From positions 175 through 64,174 of the forward strand of contig CANOTJ010000005.1 of assembly GCA_947570175.1 (NCBI GenBank): a DNA stretch of 64,000 nucleotides, read 5' to 3'. Position numbers and translations under genes: made by a program. The number at the start of each line of letters is the position of its first letter. Position 1 is the first letter of the stretch. The notes beneath the pieces were generated by a model. The model ran no database searches, was not told where the DNA came from, and saw nothing but the letters and a program-made list of their open reading frames with translations. This DNA is from an uncultured Mycoplasmatota bacterium (GTDB lineage: Bacteria; Bacillota_I; Bacilli_A; RF39; UBA660). Shown here piece after piece: positions 20,236-29,461 of this stretch.

Positions 20236-20793
20236 CTATATGAATAAATATTTTTCATGAACAAGTGTATTTTGTTCTTTTTTTTCGTATTTTTTTATTA
20301 CTTTTACTTGATTGGTTTTTAAACTTTTAGAAACATCAATCATTCGTTGATTTTTTGATCCACGAAATGCCACATCTAAACTTTTTTCTTCTAAAATAAA
20401 TTTCCCATCAATTAATACATCTACATATTTTAGAAATTCTAAAATAGAATTATTTTTATGAGCCATAATCATTAATTGTTCAAAAGTATAACCAGTATAA
20501 CACCAGACATCCATATTGAGTTCTTTTACATATTTTGCAATTTCTAAACAAGCTTCTGGTTGACATAAAGGATCCCCACCAGAAAAAGTAATTCCATCCT
20601 GATATCTTATTTGTTGAATTTGTTTTTTTACTTCTTCTACATCTACTAACATACCGCTTTGAAAATCATGGGTACTTGGATTATGGCATCCTTTACAGTG
20701 GTGGGGACACCCCTGTGTCCAAATTACTGTTCGAATACCTGCTCCATCAACAATACTGTCTGGTTGTAATTCCGCTGCAAGTCTTATTTTCAT
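20236..20793 (-). CDS. nrdG: anaerobic ribonucleoside-triphosphate reductase activating protein (radical SAM)
   Basis: CPHHCKGCHNP radical-SAM CxxxCxxC-type cluster. 185 aa. Lies immediately downstream of nrdD. Confidence 0.85.
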   Translation of the reverse strand: MKIRLAAELQPDSIVDGAGIRTVIWTQGCPHHCKGCHNPSTHDFQSGMLVDVEEVKKQIQQIRYQDGITFSGGDPLCQPEACLEIAKYVKELNMDVWCYTGYTFEQLMIMAHKNNSILEFLKYVDVLIDGKFILEEKSLDVAFRGSKNQRMIDVSKSLKTNQVKVIKKYEKKEQNTLVHEKYLFI

Positions 20794-20795
20794 TT

Positions 20796-20966
20796 TTATG
20801 CGACTTTCTTTTCTTCTTTGATTACTTCTTTAATTCCAGAATGCTTTACACGATCCTTCTCTTCTGCTCTTTTCCCATTATTGAATCGTTTAACATCTCC
20901 AGCTAAATATCCTGTTACACGTCTGATTCTTTCAAATCCTTGTCCTTCTCCTACTACTTTTTCCAT
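20796..20966 (-). CDS. nrdD: NrdD C-terminal glycyl-radical domain encoded as a separate 56-aa ORF (MEKVVGEGQGFERIRRVTGYLAGDVKRFNNGKRAEEKDRVKH...)
   Basis: Hand-translated from the minus strand. It lies in the same reading frame as the large nrdD ORF. The two are separated by an in-frame TAG (20979-20981) followed by GAGGAG and an ATG. It carries the RVxGY glycyl-radical motif and a basic tail typical of class III RNR C-termini. The ORF ends 2 nt before the nrdG ATG. Confidence 0.6.
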   Translation of the reverse strand: MEKVVGEGQGFERIRRVTGYLAGDVKRFNNGKRAEEKDRVKHSGIKEVIKEEKKVA

Positions 20967-20978
20967 GAATAACTCCTC

Positions 20979-23294
20979 CTAACATTGACATTTATATTCA
21001 TTCACTCTTTCAAGTGGAACACTATCGAATTCTTTACGCCCACATCCTGGACATACATCACCAATTACCCCAACGTATCCACAAACTGGATCTCGATCTA
21101 CAGGGTGATTAATAGCCCCATAACCGACTCCTTTATCTTTCATCATACGAATTACACTTTCAAATGCCTCTACATTTGTAGTTGTATCTCCATCTAATTC
21201 TATATAAGTAATATGACCCCCATTAGTTAAACTATGATAAGGTGCTTCAATTTCTAGTTTATGTTTAATACTTGTAGAATAATAAACAGGAACATGAAAC
21301 GAATTGGTATAATATTCTCGATCTGTTACTCCTTTTATTTTCCCAAAAATTGCCTTATCTATTCCAACAAATCTTCCTGATAATCCCTCTGCAGGTGTCG
21401 CAATCAATGTAAAATTTAAATTGTAATTTTTAGCATATTCATCACAACGATTTCGCATAAAACGAATAATTTCTAAACCCAATTTTTGAGCTTCTTCACT
21501 TTCACCATGATGTTTTCCGATCAAAGCTTTTAAACTCTCCGCAAGTCCAATAAATCCAATGGTTAAGCTACCATGTTTCAATAGTTTTCTTAAACGATCT
21601 CCTGGTTTCAATTTTTCTCCCGAAGCCCAAACACCTTGCTCTATCAAAAATGGAAAATTATAACAATGTTTACTACATTGAATTTCAAATCTTTCTAATA
21701 ATTGATCTCGTACAAGATCCATCATATCCCCCAGTTCTTGATAAAAATGATTCATATCTGCTTTATCACGTTCTTTTAAACAAATACCATTTCTAATTGC
21801 GATACGTGGAAGATTAATCGAGGTAAACGATAAATTTCCTCTTCCACCTGTTGTTTGATTATGCAAATCTGTCACATCACTCATTAATCGAGTACGACAG
21901 CCCATATAACCAACTTCTGTTCTATAATCTCCTTCTTTATAGAATTCTAAATTAAAAGGTGCATCTAGAAATGAGAAATTTGGAAATAATCTTTTAGCAG
22001 AAACTTTACAAGCTAACTGAAACATATCATAATTTTTATCTTCTGGGTTAAAGTTAACACCTTCTTTTACTTTAAAAATAGATACTGGGAAAATTGGTGT
22101 TTCTCCCTTTCCCAAGCCATCATTTGTAGCTAAAAGGAAATTCTTAATAACCATTCTTCCCTCTGCGGAAGTATCGGTTCCAAAGTTAATAGAAGAAAAT
22201 GGAACTTGAGCACCAGCTCTCGAGTGCATAGTATTTAAATTATGAACAAATGCTTCCATTGCCTGATAAGTTGTTCGATTCGTCTTTTGGACAGCTTTTT
22301 CATAACTTTTTTCAAACATTCTTTTAATTTGTTTAGATTCTTTATAAATTGGTTCAAAGATTGTAATATCAATTTCTAAGGTTGTTAATTTATCAATTTC
22401 TCGAATAATACGATCAATACTAATAAAACTTAACAAATCACTATAATCCAATAAATCATATATCTGTTGTTTAAATTGTTTTTTAAAAGTTTTTAATACT
22501 CCAGGGGCCATATAATAATCAAATGCGGGAATAGATTGCCCTCCATGCTGATCATTTTGATTGGACTGAATCGCAATCGCCGCAAGTGATGAATACGACA
22601 TAATATCTTTAGGACTTCGTAAATGACCATGTCCAGTAGAAAAGCCATTTTTAAATAAACGATCTAATTCAATCTGCATACAAGTAGTAGTCCCCATTGG
22701 TAAAAAATCCATATCATGAATGTGAATGTCTCCTTTGTCATGAGCCTCTGAAAATCTTTTTTTCATTAAATAAGATTTTGCAAATTCTTTAGAAATTGTA
22801 CTACCATATTGTAGCATTGTTCCCATTGCAGTATCCCCATCTACATTGGCATTTTCTCTTTTATTATTATCCTCATTAGCTGATTTTAATCCCAATCCTT
22901 CAATGGATTTTAAAAATTTATGTGTCTTTTTCTCATCAAAGAATAATTGTCTAGATTGAGTTCTTCTCTCGCGATATTCAGAAAAACTTTTATAAACTTC
23001 CTCATATCCCTTTTTTCGTAATTCGTCTTCAATCATATCTTGAATGGTTTCAATTTTAATTCTTCCTTTTTCTCGATAATTTCGCTCAATTTGTTTAATA
23101 GTTGCTTGATAAATCTTTTGAATATCTTTTTCATTATATTTTCTTACATGTTCCCCATTTTCATCTTCATATAAAATACTATCAAAACCTTTTTTAATAG
23201 CAATCGCAATTTTAGAACCATCAAAAGAAACTCTTTTTCCGTTTCTTTTTACTACTTCTAATGTTTCCAATACTTCTTCTTTTTCTACTACCAT
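20979..23294 (-). CDS. nrdD: anaerobic ribonucleoside-triphosphate reductase (class III RNR) catalytic body, terminating at an in-frame TAG before the glycyl-radical tail
   Basis: 771 aa. N-terminal ATP-cone-like region. Internal motifs typical of NrdD (TTTCMQIEL-like, GGQSIPAFDYYMAPG). C-terminal Cys cluster (CGYVGVIGDVCPGCG...CQC) ahead of the stop. Confidence 0.85.
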   Translation of the reverse strand: MVVEKEEVLETLEVVKRNGKRVSFDGSKIAIAIKKGFDSILYEDENGEHVRKYNEKDIQKIYQATIKQIERNYREKGRIKIETIQDMIEDELRKKGYEEVYKSFSEYRERRTQSRQLFFDEKKTHKFLKSIEGLGLKSANEDNNKRENANVDGDTAMGTMLQYGSTISKEFAKSYLMKKRFSEAHDKGDIHIHDMDFLPMGTTTCMQIELDRLFKNGFSTGHGHLRSPKDIMSYSSLAAIAIQSNQNDQHGGQSIPAFDYYMAPGVLKTFKKQFKQQIYDLLDYSDLLSFISIDRIIREIDKLTTLEIDITIFEPIYKESKQIKRMFEKSYEKAVQKTNRTTYQAMEAFVHNLNTMHSRAGAQVPFSSINFGTDTSAEGRMVIKNFLLATNDGLGKGETPIFPVSIFKVKEGVNFNPEDKNYDMFQLACKVSAKRLFPNFSFLDAPFNLEFYKEGDYRTEVGYMGCRTRLMSDVTDLHNQTTGGRGNLSFTSINLPRIAIRNGICLKERDKADMNHFYQELGDMMDLVRDQLLERFEIQCSKHCYNFPFLIEQGVWASGEKLKPGDRLRKLLKHGSLTIGFIGLAESLKALIGKHHGESEEAQKLGLEIIRFMRNRCDEYAKNYNLNFTLIATPAEGLSGRFVGIDKAIFGKIKGVTDREYYTNSFHVPVYYSTSIKHKLEIEAPYHSLTNGGHITYIELDGDTTTNVEAFESVIRMMKDKGVGYGAINHPVDRDPVCGYVGVIGDVCPGCGRKEFDSVPLERVNEYKCQC

Positions 23295-23674
23295 CCAATT
23301 GTCCTCCTACTATATTTACAAGTTCATTGTATATTAAAATTTTTTAATAGTCAATACATTTTTCAAACATTTTTTAAAACATTTGTTCGTGAATTTAATT
23401 TTTCCTTTATTTTCAACATTTTTCAAAATTTTATTTTTCCATTTTTTTAATTTTTTAAATTTTAAATTTTTTTAAAATTCTTACATTTCTACTTTTTCCT
23501 TTATTTATAAATGAAAATCCAATATTTTTAAAATTATTTTTTTTCGTTTTTTTATATTTTTTAATAATTAATTTTTTTAATTTCTTATTTTTTGCAAAAA
23601 ATACATGCTGTTATTTTAATTATATTAACCTATATTTTTATATCTCATATACTACTTTAGAAGGATGTGGAATT

Positions 23675-23917
23675 ATGAATTTTTCAGATAATTTTTTTAA
23701 ACGTGTAGAAAAGAAAACAAATGTTGGAAAAGACACTATCTTAGATCTTGCTAGCAAATTACAAAAATCTGATTTAAAAAATGAAGGTACACTTCGAGAG
23801 GTAATACAAGAACTTGGCAAGCTAACAGGAAAAGAAGTTTCTAAAGAAAAGGAAGATAAGATCATTAGTGCGGTTGTAAATGATCAAGTTCCAAAAGATA
23901 TAGATAAAATGATTTAA
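23675..23917 (+). CDS. spoVIF: stage VI sporulation protein F-like small protein
   Basis: 80 aa. The N-terminal FFKRVEKKTNVGKDTILDLASKLQKSDLKNEGTLREVIQELGKL pattern resembles SpoVIF (YjcC) of Bacillus, recalled from memory. Lies directly upstream of spoIVA. Followed by a hairpin plus T-run. Confidence 0.5.
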   Translation: MNFSDNFFKRVEKKTNVGKDTILDLASKLQKSDLKNEGTLREVIQELGKLTGKEVSKEKEDKIISAVVNDQVPKDIDKMI

Positions 23918-23942
23918 AGAAACTGAGTTTCTTTTTTTATGG
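23918..23942 (+). terminator. hairpin (agaaactgagtttct) plus T-run between spoVIF and spoIVA
   Basis: Inverted repeat followed by TTTTTTTAT, read directly. Confidence 0.5.
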
Positions 23943-23949
23943 GAATATA

Positions 23950-23985
23950 AATCACTATCTTCACATATAGTTAAGTGAATTTAAG
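23950..23985 (+). promoter_or_regulatory. candidate sigma-E-type sporulation promoter upstream of spoIVA (AATATA ... CATATAGT)
   Basis: Resemblance to the sigma-E consensus (ATATT -35, CATACA-T -10) with roughly 14-bp spacing. The match is weak and by eye only. Confidence 0.3.
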
Positions 23986-23999
23986 AAAGTAGGGATTAA

Positions 24000-25469
24000 A
24001 TGGAAAAAATAGACATTATTAAAAGTATTACTGAAAGAACTGGTGGAGATATCTATCTAGGTGTTGTTGGAGCTGTCCGAACAGGAAAATCAACTTTTAT
24101 AAAGAAGGTAATCGAAACCCTTGTCGTTCCAAATATTGAAGACGAATATGAAAAAAAACGTGCGCTAGATGAGATTCCACAAAGTGCTCAAGGAAAGACA
24201 ATTATGACAACAGAGCCAAAATTTGTACCAAGTAATGCAGCGAAAATACAAATCGATACTTTTGAATCAAGTATTCGACTTGTAGATTGCGTAGGATACG
24301 TAATTCCTGGTGTAAAAGGATATGAGGATGAAAATGGACCTAGAATGGTAAAATGTCCATGGTATGACGAAGAAATACCGTTTGTTGAAGCTGCCGAAAT
24401 TGGAACAGAAAAAGTGATTCGTGATCACTCTTCAATTGGAATTGTTGTTACTACAGATGGATCTTTCAATGAAATATCGCGTGAAAATTATGTAGAAGCC
24501 GAAGAACGTGTTATTCACGAATTAAAAGAAATTGGAAAACCATTTATTGTAGTATTAAATTCTAATCATCCAATGTTACCAGAAACAGAACGTTTAGCAG
24601 AAAAATTAAGAGAGAATTATGAGGTGCCTGTTCTTCCAATTAGTGTTGAGAATATGACAGATCATGATATTTATAGTATTTTAAGAGAAGCATTATATGA
24701 ATTTCCAGTAATGGAAGTAAATGTTAACATGCCAGAATGGATTGCTTGCTTATCTCCTAATAATTGGTTGAAAAAAATTTATATTGATAAAATTAGGGAA
24801 AGCGTTATAGAGATTGATAAACTACGTGACATTGATACCATTACAAATCATTTTAATGATTCGGAATATATCAGCAAATCCTATTTATCAGAAGTAGATA
24901 CTTCAACCGGAGTTGTTACATTGACATTAGAAGCCCCAGATGGTCTTTATAATCAAGTATTAAAAGATATTATTGGAATGGATATCACCAGTAAAGCAGA
25001 CTTACTAAAACTCTTCCAGGATTATAATGAAGCAAAAACGGAATATGATCAAATTAAGGGTGCCTTAAAAATGGTCAAACAAACTGGTTATGGAGTAGCT
25101 TCTCCTAGTTTAACAGATATGAAATTAGATACTCCAGAAATTATTAAACAAGGAAGTAGATATGGAATCAAATTAAAGGCGGTTGCTCCTTCTATCCATA
25201 TGATACGGGTAGATGTAGAATCAACATTCGAACCTATTATCGGATCTGAAATTCAAAGTAAAGAATTAATTGATTACTTAATGAAAGACTCAGAAACAGA
25301 AGAAATTTGGAAAAGTGAAATTTTTGGACGTAGTCTAGATGTAATTGTCAAAGAAGGAATTCAAGCAAAACTTTCCCTTCTTCCAGAAAACGCTAGATTC
25401 AAATTACAACAAACATTATCAAAATTGGTAAATAAAGGTTCTGGAAATTTATTTGCAATTGTTTTATAA
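24000..25469 (+). CDS. spoIVA: stage IV sporulation protein A (spore coat morphogenetic ATPase)
   Basis: 489 aa. The N-terminus MEKIDIIKSITERTGGDIYLGVVGAVRTGKSTFIKK carries a Walker A motif and is near-identical in pattern to Bacillus SpoIVA. Conserved throughout its length. Confidence 0.9.
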   Translation: MEKIDIIKSITERTGGDIYLGVVGAVRTGKSTFIKKVIETLVVPNIEDEYEKKRALDEIPQSAQGKTIMTTEPKFVPSNAAKIQIDTFESSIRLVDCVGYVIPGVKGYEDENGPRMVKCPWYDEEIPFVEAAEIGTEKVIRDHSSIGIVVTTDGSFNEISRENYVEAEERVIHELKEIGKPFIVVLNSNHPMLPETERLAEKLRENYEVPVLPISVENMTDHDIYSILREALYEFPVMEVNVNMPEWIACLSPNNWLKKIYIDKIRESVIEIDKLRDIDTITNHFNDSEYISKSYLSEVDTSTGVVTLTLEAPDGLYNQVLKDIIGMDITSKADLLKLFQDYNEAKTEYDQIKGALKMVKQTGYGVASPSLTDMKLDTPEIIKQGSRYGIKLKAVAPSIHMIRVDVESTFEPIIGSEIQSKELIDYLMKDSETEEIWKSEIFGRSLDVIVKEGIQAKLSLLPENARFKLQQTLSKLVNKGSGNLFAIVL

Positions 25470-25524
25470 GAAATTGTTAAAAAGCAATTTCTTTTTCTGT
25501 TACAAAAAAAATAATCTTTGCAGA

Positions 25525-26847
25525 TTATAATTCTTGTTCCCCTTTATTTTTAAATTGTAATACAATTGGAGTCCCCTCAAAGTCAAAAGCTTCTCTAATT
25601 TTATTTTCTAAATATCTTTTATAAGAAAAATGAATTAAACCTTTACTATTTACTTGAATATTAAAGGTTGGAGGTTGCATGCTAGACTGATTGGAAAAAT
25701 ATATTTTTAATCGTTTGCCTCTATACGATGGTGGTAAATTCAGAGAATAAGCTTCTCCTATTACATCATTCAAAACGCTCGTTTTTACTTCCCTTTTGCT
25801 ATTTTCATATACCTTGATAACTTGAGGCAAAAGAGTATGAATTCTTTTCTTTGTAAGTGCTGATAAAAATACAATAGGAGCAAAACTAAGAAAAGCAAAT
25901 TCACTTCGAATCAAGGTAGTAAATTTTTTCATTTCTTCTTCCTTATCATCCACTTTATCCCATTTATTTACAACTAAAACAATGGCCCTCCCAGCCTCTA
26001 TTGCATATCCTGCGATATGTTTATCGTGTTCAATAATTCCCTCTTCAGCATTTATAACAATTACACATACATCCGATCTGTCAATGGCTCTTAAAGAACG
26101 AATTAAACTATACTTTTCAATTCTTTCATATACTTTCCCTTTTTTCCTCATACCAGCTGTATCAATCACCACAAATTTTTCTCCATGGTAGGTAAATGGT
26201 GTATCTACAGAGTCGCGAGTTGTTCCTGCAATATCAGATACAATTGCTCGCTCCTCATTTAAAATGGCATTGACTAAACTACTTTTTCCTACATTTGGCC
26301 TTCCAATAATGGAAAACTTAATGATACTATCATCATATTTCTCTTCTTCTATTTTACAAAAGTTTTCGGTTACTTGTGTTAATAAATCATAGATTCCTAT
26401 ATTTTGCTCTCCACTAATTTCAATATAATTTTCAAATCCTAGTTCATAAAAGTCATAGACGTTATCTTTAGCTTCCTTACTATCTATTTTGTTAATAGCA
26501 ACAATTACTTTTTTATCTGATTTAATCAACATATCTCGAACAACTCGGTCATTAGAAGTAATTCCTTCTTTTCCATCCACTACAAAAATTACCACATCGG
26601 ATTCAGTAATTGCAATTTCTGCTTGAATTTTAATCTCATCATTAAATTTTTCTTTTTCTAAATCAATTCCACCTGTATCAATTAAATGAAATTGATATTG
26701 TTTGAATTCTACATTTCCATAGATTCGATCCCTAGTAACTCCAGGGGTATCTTCAATGATAGCAATTCTTTTTCCAATCATCCGATTAAATATTGTAGAT
26801 TTCCCTACATTTGGTCTTCCAACTAATGCGACTACTGGTTTTTTCAT
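25525..26847 (-). CDS. der: ribosome biogenesis GTPase Der (EngA), tandem GTPase domains plus KH-like domain
   Basis: Two G-domains (GRPNVGKST and GRPNVGKSS), each with DTAG/DTGG motifs and NKxD. 440 aa. Confidence 0.9.
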   Translation of the reverse strand: MKKPVVALVGRPNVGKSTIFNRMIGKRIAIIEDTPGVTRDRIYGNVEFKQYQFHLIDTGGIDLEKEKFNDEIKIQAEIAITESDVVIFVVDGKEGITSNDRVVRDMLIKSDKKVIVAINKIDSKEAKDNVYDFYELGFENYIEISGEQNIGIYDLLTQVTENFCKIEEEKYDDSIIKFSIIGRPNVGKSSLVNAILNEERAIVSDIAGTTRDSVDTPFTYHGEKFVVIDTAGMRKKGKVYERIEKYSLIRSLRAIDRSDVCVIVINAEEGIIEHDKHIAGYAIEAGRAIVLVVNKWDKVDDKEEEMKKFTTLIRSEFAFLSFAPIVFLSALTKKRIHTLLPQVIKVYENSKREVKTSVLNDVIGEAYSLNLPPSYRGKRLKIYFSNQSSMQPPTFNIQVNSKGLIHFSYKRYLENKIREAFDFEGTPIVLQFKNKGEQEL

Positions 26848-26873
26848 AGTTTACACCTCTAATTCCTGTGATA

Positions 26874-27365
26874 TTATATTATCATTAAATGACAATCTTT
26901 TACAATAGATTTACAATTTTTTTTATAATGAACCTCACTATTTTCTAAAATTCTGCCTAACAAATAGTTAGAAATAGGATGATTAATTTGAAGATACAAG
27001 CGATTTTGATATTGATAAATAGAAATATTTTCTTTCAAATGTTCGTCTATCCAAAAATAGTCTTCTATCTCATATAAAAATGGTTCTTGATGGATGATTA
27101 GCTGCATTTCTATTTCGTCATCAAAGTATCCAAAATATTCCAATTCTTCATGTTGCAATTCTAAAATCATTCCATAGAAATCATCGATATAAATATCAAT
27201 TTCATAATAACCACTAATTTCTATCTGATAATTTAATTTTAATAGTCGAAATAATTTTTGAAAATACTTTTCAAGTTGCTCCTTATCATCAAAGTTTATT
27301 TCTTCTAAATACATTTTATTTAAAAAAATTATCATATTTACATCGTCATTCATTATTAGTTTCAC
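26874..27365 (-). CDS. acidic hypothetical protein, possibly a MecA-like adaptor C-terminal-domain protein
   Basis: 163 aa, very acidic. The YQYQNRLYLQINHP segment is reminiscent of the MecA C-terminal NRYYLYVDF region. The link is weak. Confidence 0.3.
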   Translation of the reverse strand: MKLIMNDDVNMIIFLNKMYLEEINFDDKEQLEKYFQKLFRLLKLNYQIEISGYYEIDIYIDDFYGMILELQHEELEYFGYFDDEIEMQLIIHQEPFLYEIEDYFWIDEHLKENISIYQYQNRLYLQINHPISNYLLGRILENSEVHYKKNCKSIVKDCHLMII

Positions 27366-27416
27366 AACAAATCACCTAAAATATTGTATGTGATTGTAAA
27401 TATAATGAGATATAAA

Positions 27417-27998
27417 TTAGATAATTCTTTCTATTTTTTCATGGACTTCTTGTTTCCCAGCTTTTGTTACATTTGAGAAAACAATAAAGTCATCTCCAAC
27501 TACTAGGTCCAGTTCTTGTAATAACATCGTTCTTTGTGTTTGATGTTTTGTAATTCCTATTTTATCAGATTTTGTTGCGATGATAGTAACTGGAATATTA
27601 TAATGTTTTAAATATTCATACATTAACATATCATCACTGCTTGGTTTATGTCGAAAGTCAATTAACATAAAAACTTGTTTTAAGTTTTCACGATTTGTTA
27701 AATAGTCCTCCATCATCAACCCAAACTTTTTCTTACGACCCTTACTTACTTTAGCGAATCCATAACCAGGAGCATCTACTAAGTAAAATGCATCATTCAC
27801 TAAATAAAAATTAATTGTTTGTGTTTTTCCTGGATTAGAAGATGTTCTAGCAAAGTTCTTTCGATTAATCAAGGAATTAATAAAGCTACTTTTCCCAACA
27901 TTAGACCTTCCTACTAATAAAAATTCTGGTTTATTATCTGTTGGATACTGACTTCTTCTTACCGCGCTTATCGTTAAATCAACACTATTTATTTTCAT
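27417..27998 (-). CDS. engB: ribosome biogenesis GTP-binding protein YihA/YsxC (EngB)
   Basis: GRSNVGKSSFINSL Walker A motif, DAPGYGF, and TKSDK (NKxD). 193 aa. Confidence 0.85.
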   Translation of the reverse strand: MKINSVDLTISAVRRSQYPTDNKPEFLLVGRSNVGKSSFINSLINRKNFARTSSNPGKTQTINFYLVNDAFYLVDAPGYGFAKVSKGRKKKFGLMMEDYLTNRENLKQVFMLIDFRHKPSSDDMLMYEYLKHYNIPVTIIATKSDKIGITKHQTQRTMLLQELDLVVGDDFIVFSNVTKAGKQEVHEKIERII

Positions 27999-28097
27999 TT
28001 TATATCACCTAAAATCATTTACTTTATTATAATCATATCTATTATATCAAATATTTAGAAAAAAAAACAGATTTTCACCCTGTTTTCTTTCAAACCA

Positions 28098-29393
28098 TTA
28101 ATTAGTCGAGTATGGCTTTGTACTACCTGTAAATTTTTTAGTACTGCTAGATGAAGCATTATCTCCATTAGTATTAACTGAATCTAACCATTCTGTATAA
28201 TCAAATTCCCCACAAGAGCCAACATTATTGATTAAGCAATCAATACATGATAATGTATCTTCCTTATTATCTGCATTCGCTAAACGAATAAAGAATTGAA
28301 CCAAAGAAAGTAAGAAGAAAATCACAATAGCTGCTACAATTCTTTTAATAAACTTCTTTTGTTGTTCTTTCATCGTATTTTCATCTTTTGATATCATTGC
28401 TTGAACAAAATCTTTAATTCCCATCACAATTAATAATAAAGGTACTAAAAATTTAATTGTCTTATATAACGAGGTTGTAAGTGTAGGTAAAAATTTAGGA
28501 ATTCGATTAATACCACCACAGCTTTTATATTTAATGGATTCATCATAAAAGGACTCATAATTGGTTGATGATTTTTTATTTCGATCATTAATAGAAGGAG
28601 TAATAGGAGATAATTGTTTATGTACATTATCTACCTGATTTCCTTGGGCATCATAACTTCTTTTAATTTTTCCTATATATCTAAATGAATTTACTAGCTC
28701 TTTAGGATCTCTATTAGCCATTATATAAGCAACTTCATCTACACCATTAATAGTATAAAGAAAGACACCACATTCATTCTGTGACTTCAATGGATAATTA
28801 GGATTCCTTTCACCTACAGTATAATTTTCCCAATATAATTTAGTTTCAAAAGTATCACGACCATTAATTTTTTTAGATGAATCTGTAATTTTCACTATTT
28901 GACCATCAGAATCTTTTTTAGGCTCTACAGAAAATTCTAATCCTGTATTATTGCCATTTTCATCTAATAAACTATAAATACAACTTAACTTAACATTTCT
29001 ATTTTTTGTAGTACTATTTGTGCCATTTATATCATTAGATGTTCCACTACCATTAGCATGTGGATCAGAAGTTGTTTTATTAGTACTATTTATTGCATTT
29101 GATGTACTTTTGTCCCCACTAGAATTACAAATTCCGTCTGGGCAACATTTTCCATTTACCCATTTACATGATTTATTAGCGCTACTAGTACTATTATTGC
29201 AGATCTTCTTTTGAGTTAAAGAGTTACAGGCTCTTACCCGACATTTTTTATTCTTCCATACACAACCACTACTAATATTACAAGTCGCTTTCTTTTTGAT
29301 TTCATAACAAGCTTTTGGTTTAGCCTGAATATTACCAATGAAACAAAAGCCAAGTATCAACATAAACATTATTCTTTTAAAATGATTTTTCAT
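28098..29393 (-). CDS. secreted/membrane-anchored Cys-rich and Asn/Ser/Thr-rich protein (signal peptide, approximately 10-Cys N-terminal module, low-complexity linker, C-terminal TM helices and terminal CxxC...C)
   Basis: 431 aa with signal peptide MKNHFKRIMFMLILGFCFIGNIQA. Cys spacing in residues 28-95. NST-rich tract. Two hydrophobic helices near residues 300-370. Confidence 0.55.
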   Translation of the reverse strand: MKNHFKRIMFMLILGFCFIGNIQAKPKACYEIKKKATCNISSGCVWKNKKCRVRACNSLTQKKICNNSTSSANKSCKWVNGKCCPDGICNSSGDKSTSNAINSTNKTTSDPHANGSGTSNDINGTNSTTKNRNVKLSCIYSLLDENGNNTGLEFSVEPKKDSDGQIVKITDSSKKINGRDTFETKLYWENYTVGERNPNYPLKSQNECGVFLYTINGVDEVAYIMANRDPKELVNSFRYIGKIKRSYDAQGNQVDNVHKQLSPITPSINDRNKKSSTNYESFYDESIKYKSCGGINRIPKFLPTLTTSLYKTIKFLVPLLLIVMGIKDFVQAMISKDENTMKEQQKKFIKRIVAAIVIFFLLSLVQFFIRLANADNKEDTLSCIDCLINNVGSCGEFDYTEWLDSVNTNGDNASSSSTKKFTGSTKPYSTN

Positions 29394-29461
29394 ATATTAA
29401 ACTCCTTTATTTTCTATATAAATTATATAGGAAATCATATAAATATGCAAGCTTGGTATTT

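Noticed and set aside
20979-20981. Possibility that the in-frame TAG in nrdD reflects a reassigned (sense) UAG codon genome-wide
   Set aside because: The adjacent nrdG and thrS terminate with TAG at positions where the homologous proteins end. Other genes in the window show no systematic in-frame TAGs.
23295-23640. Repetitive T-rich region considered as a possible CRISPR or tandem-repeat array
   Set aside because: No regularly spaced direct repeats of 24-40 bp with unique spacers. The repeats are simple homopolymeric A/T tracts, and no cas genes are present.
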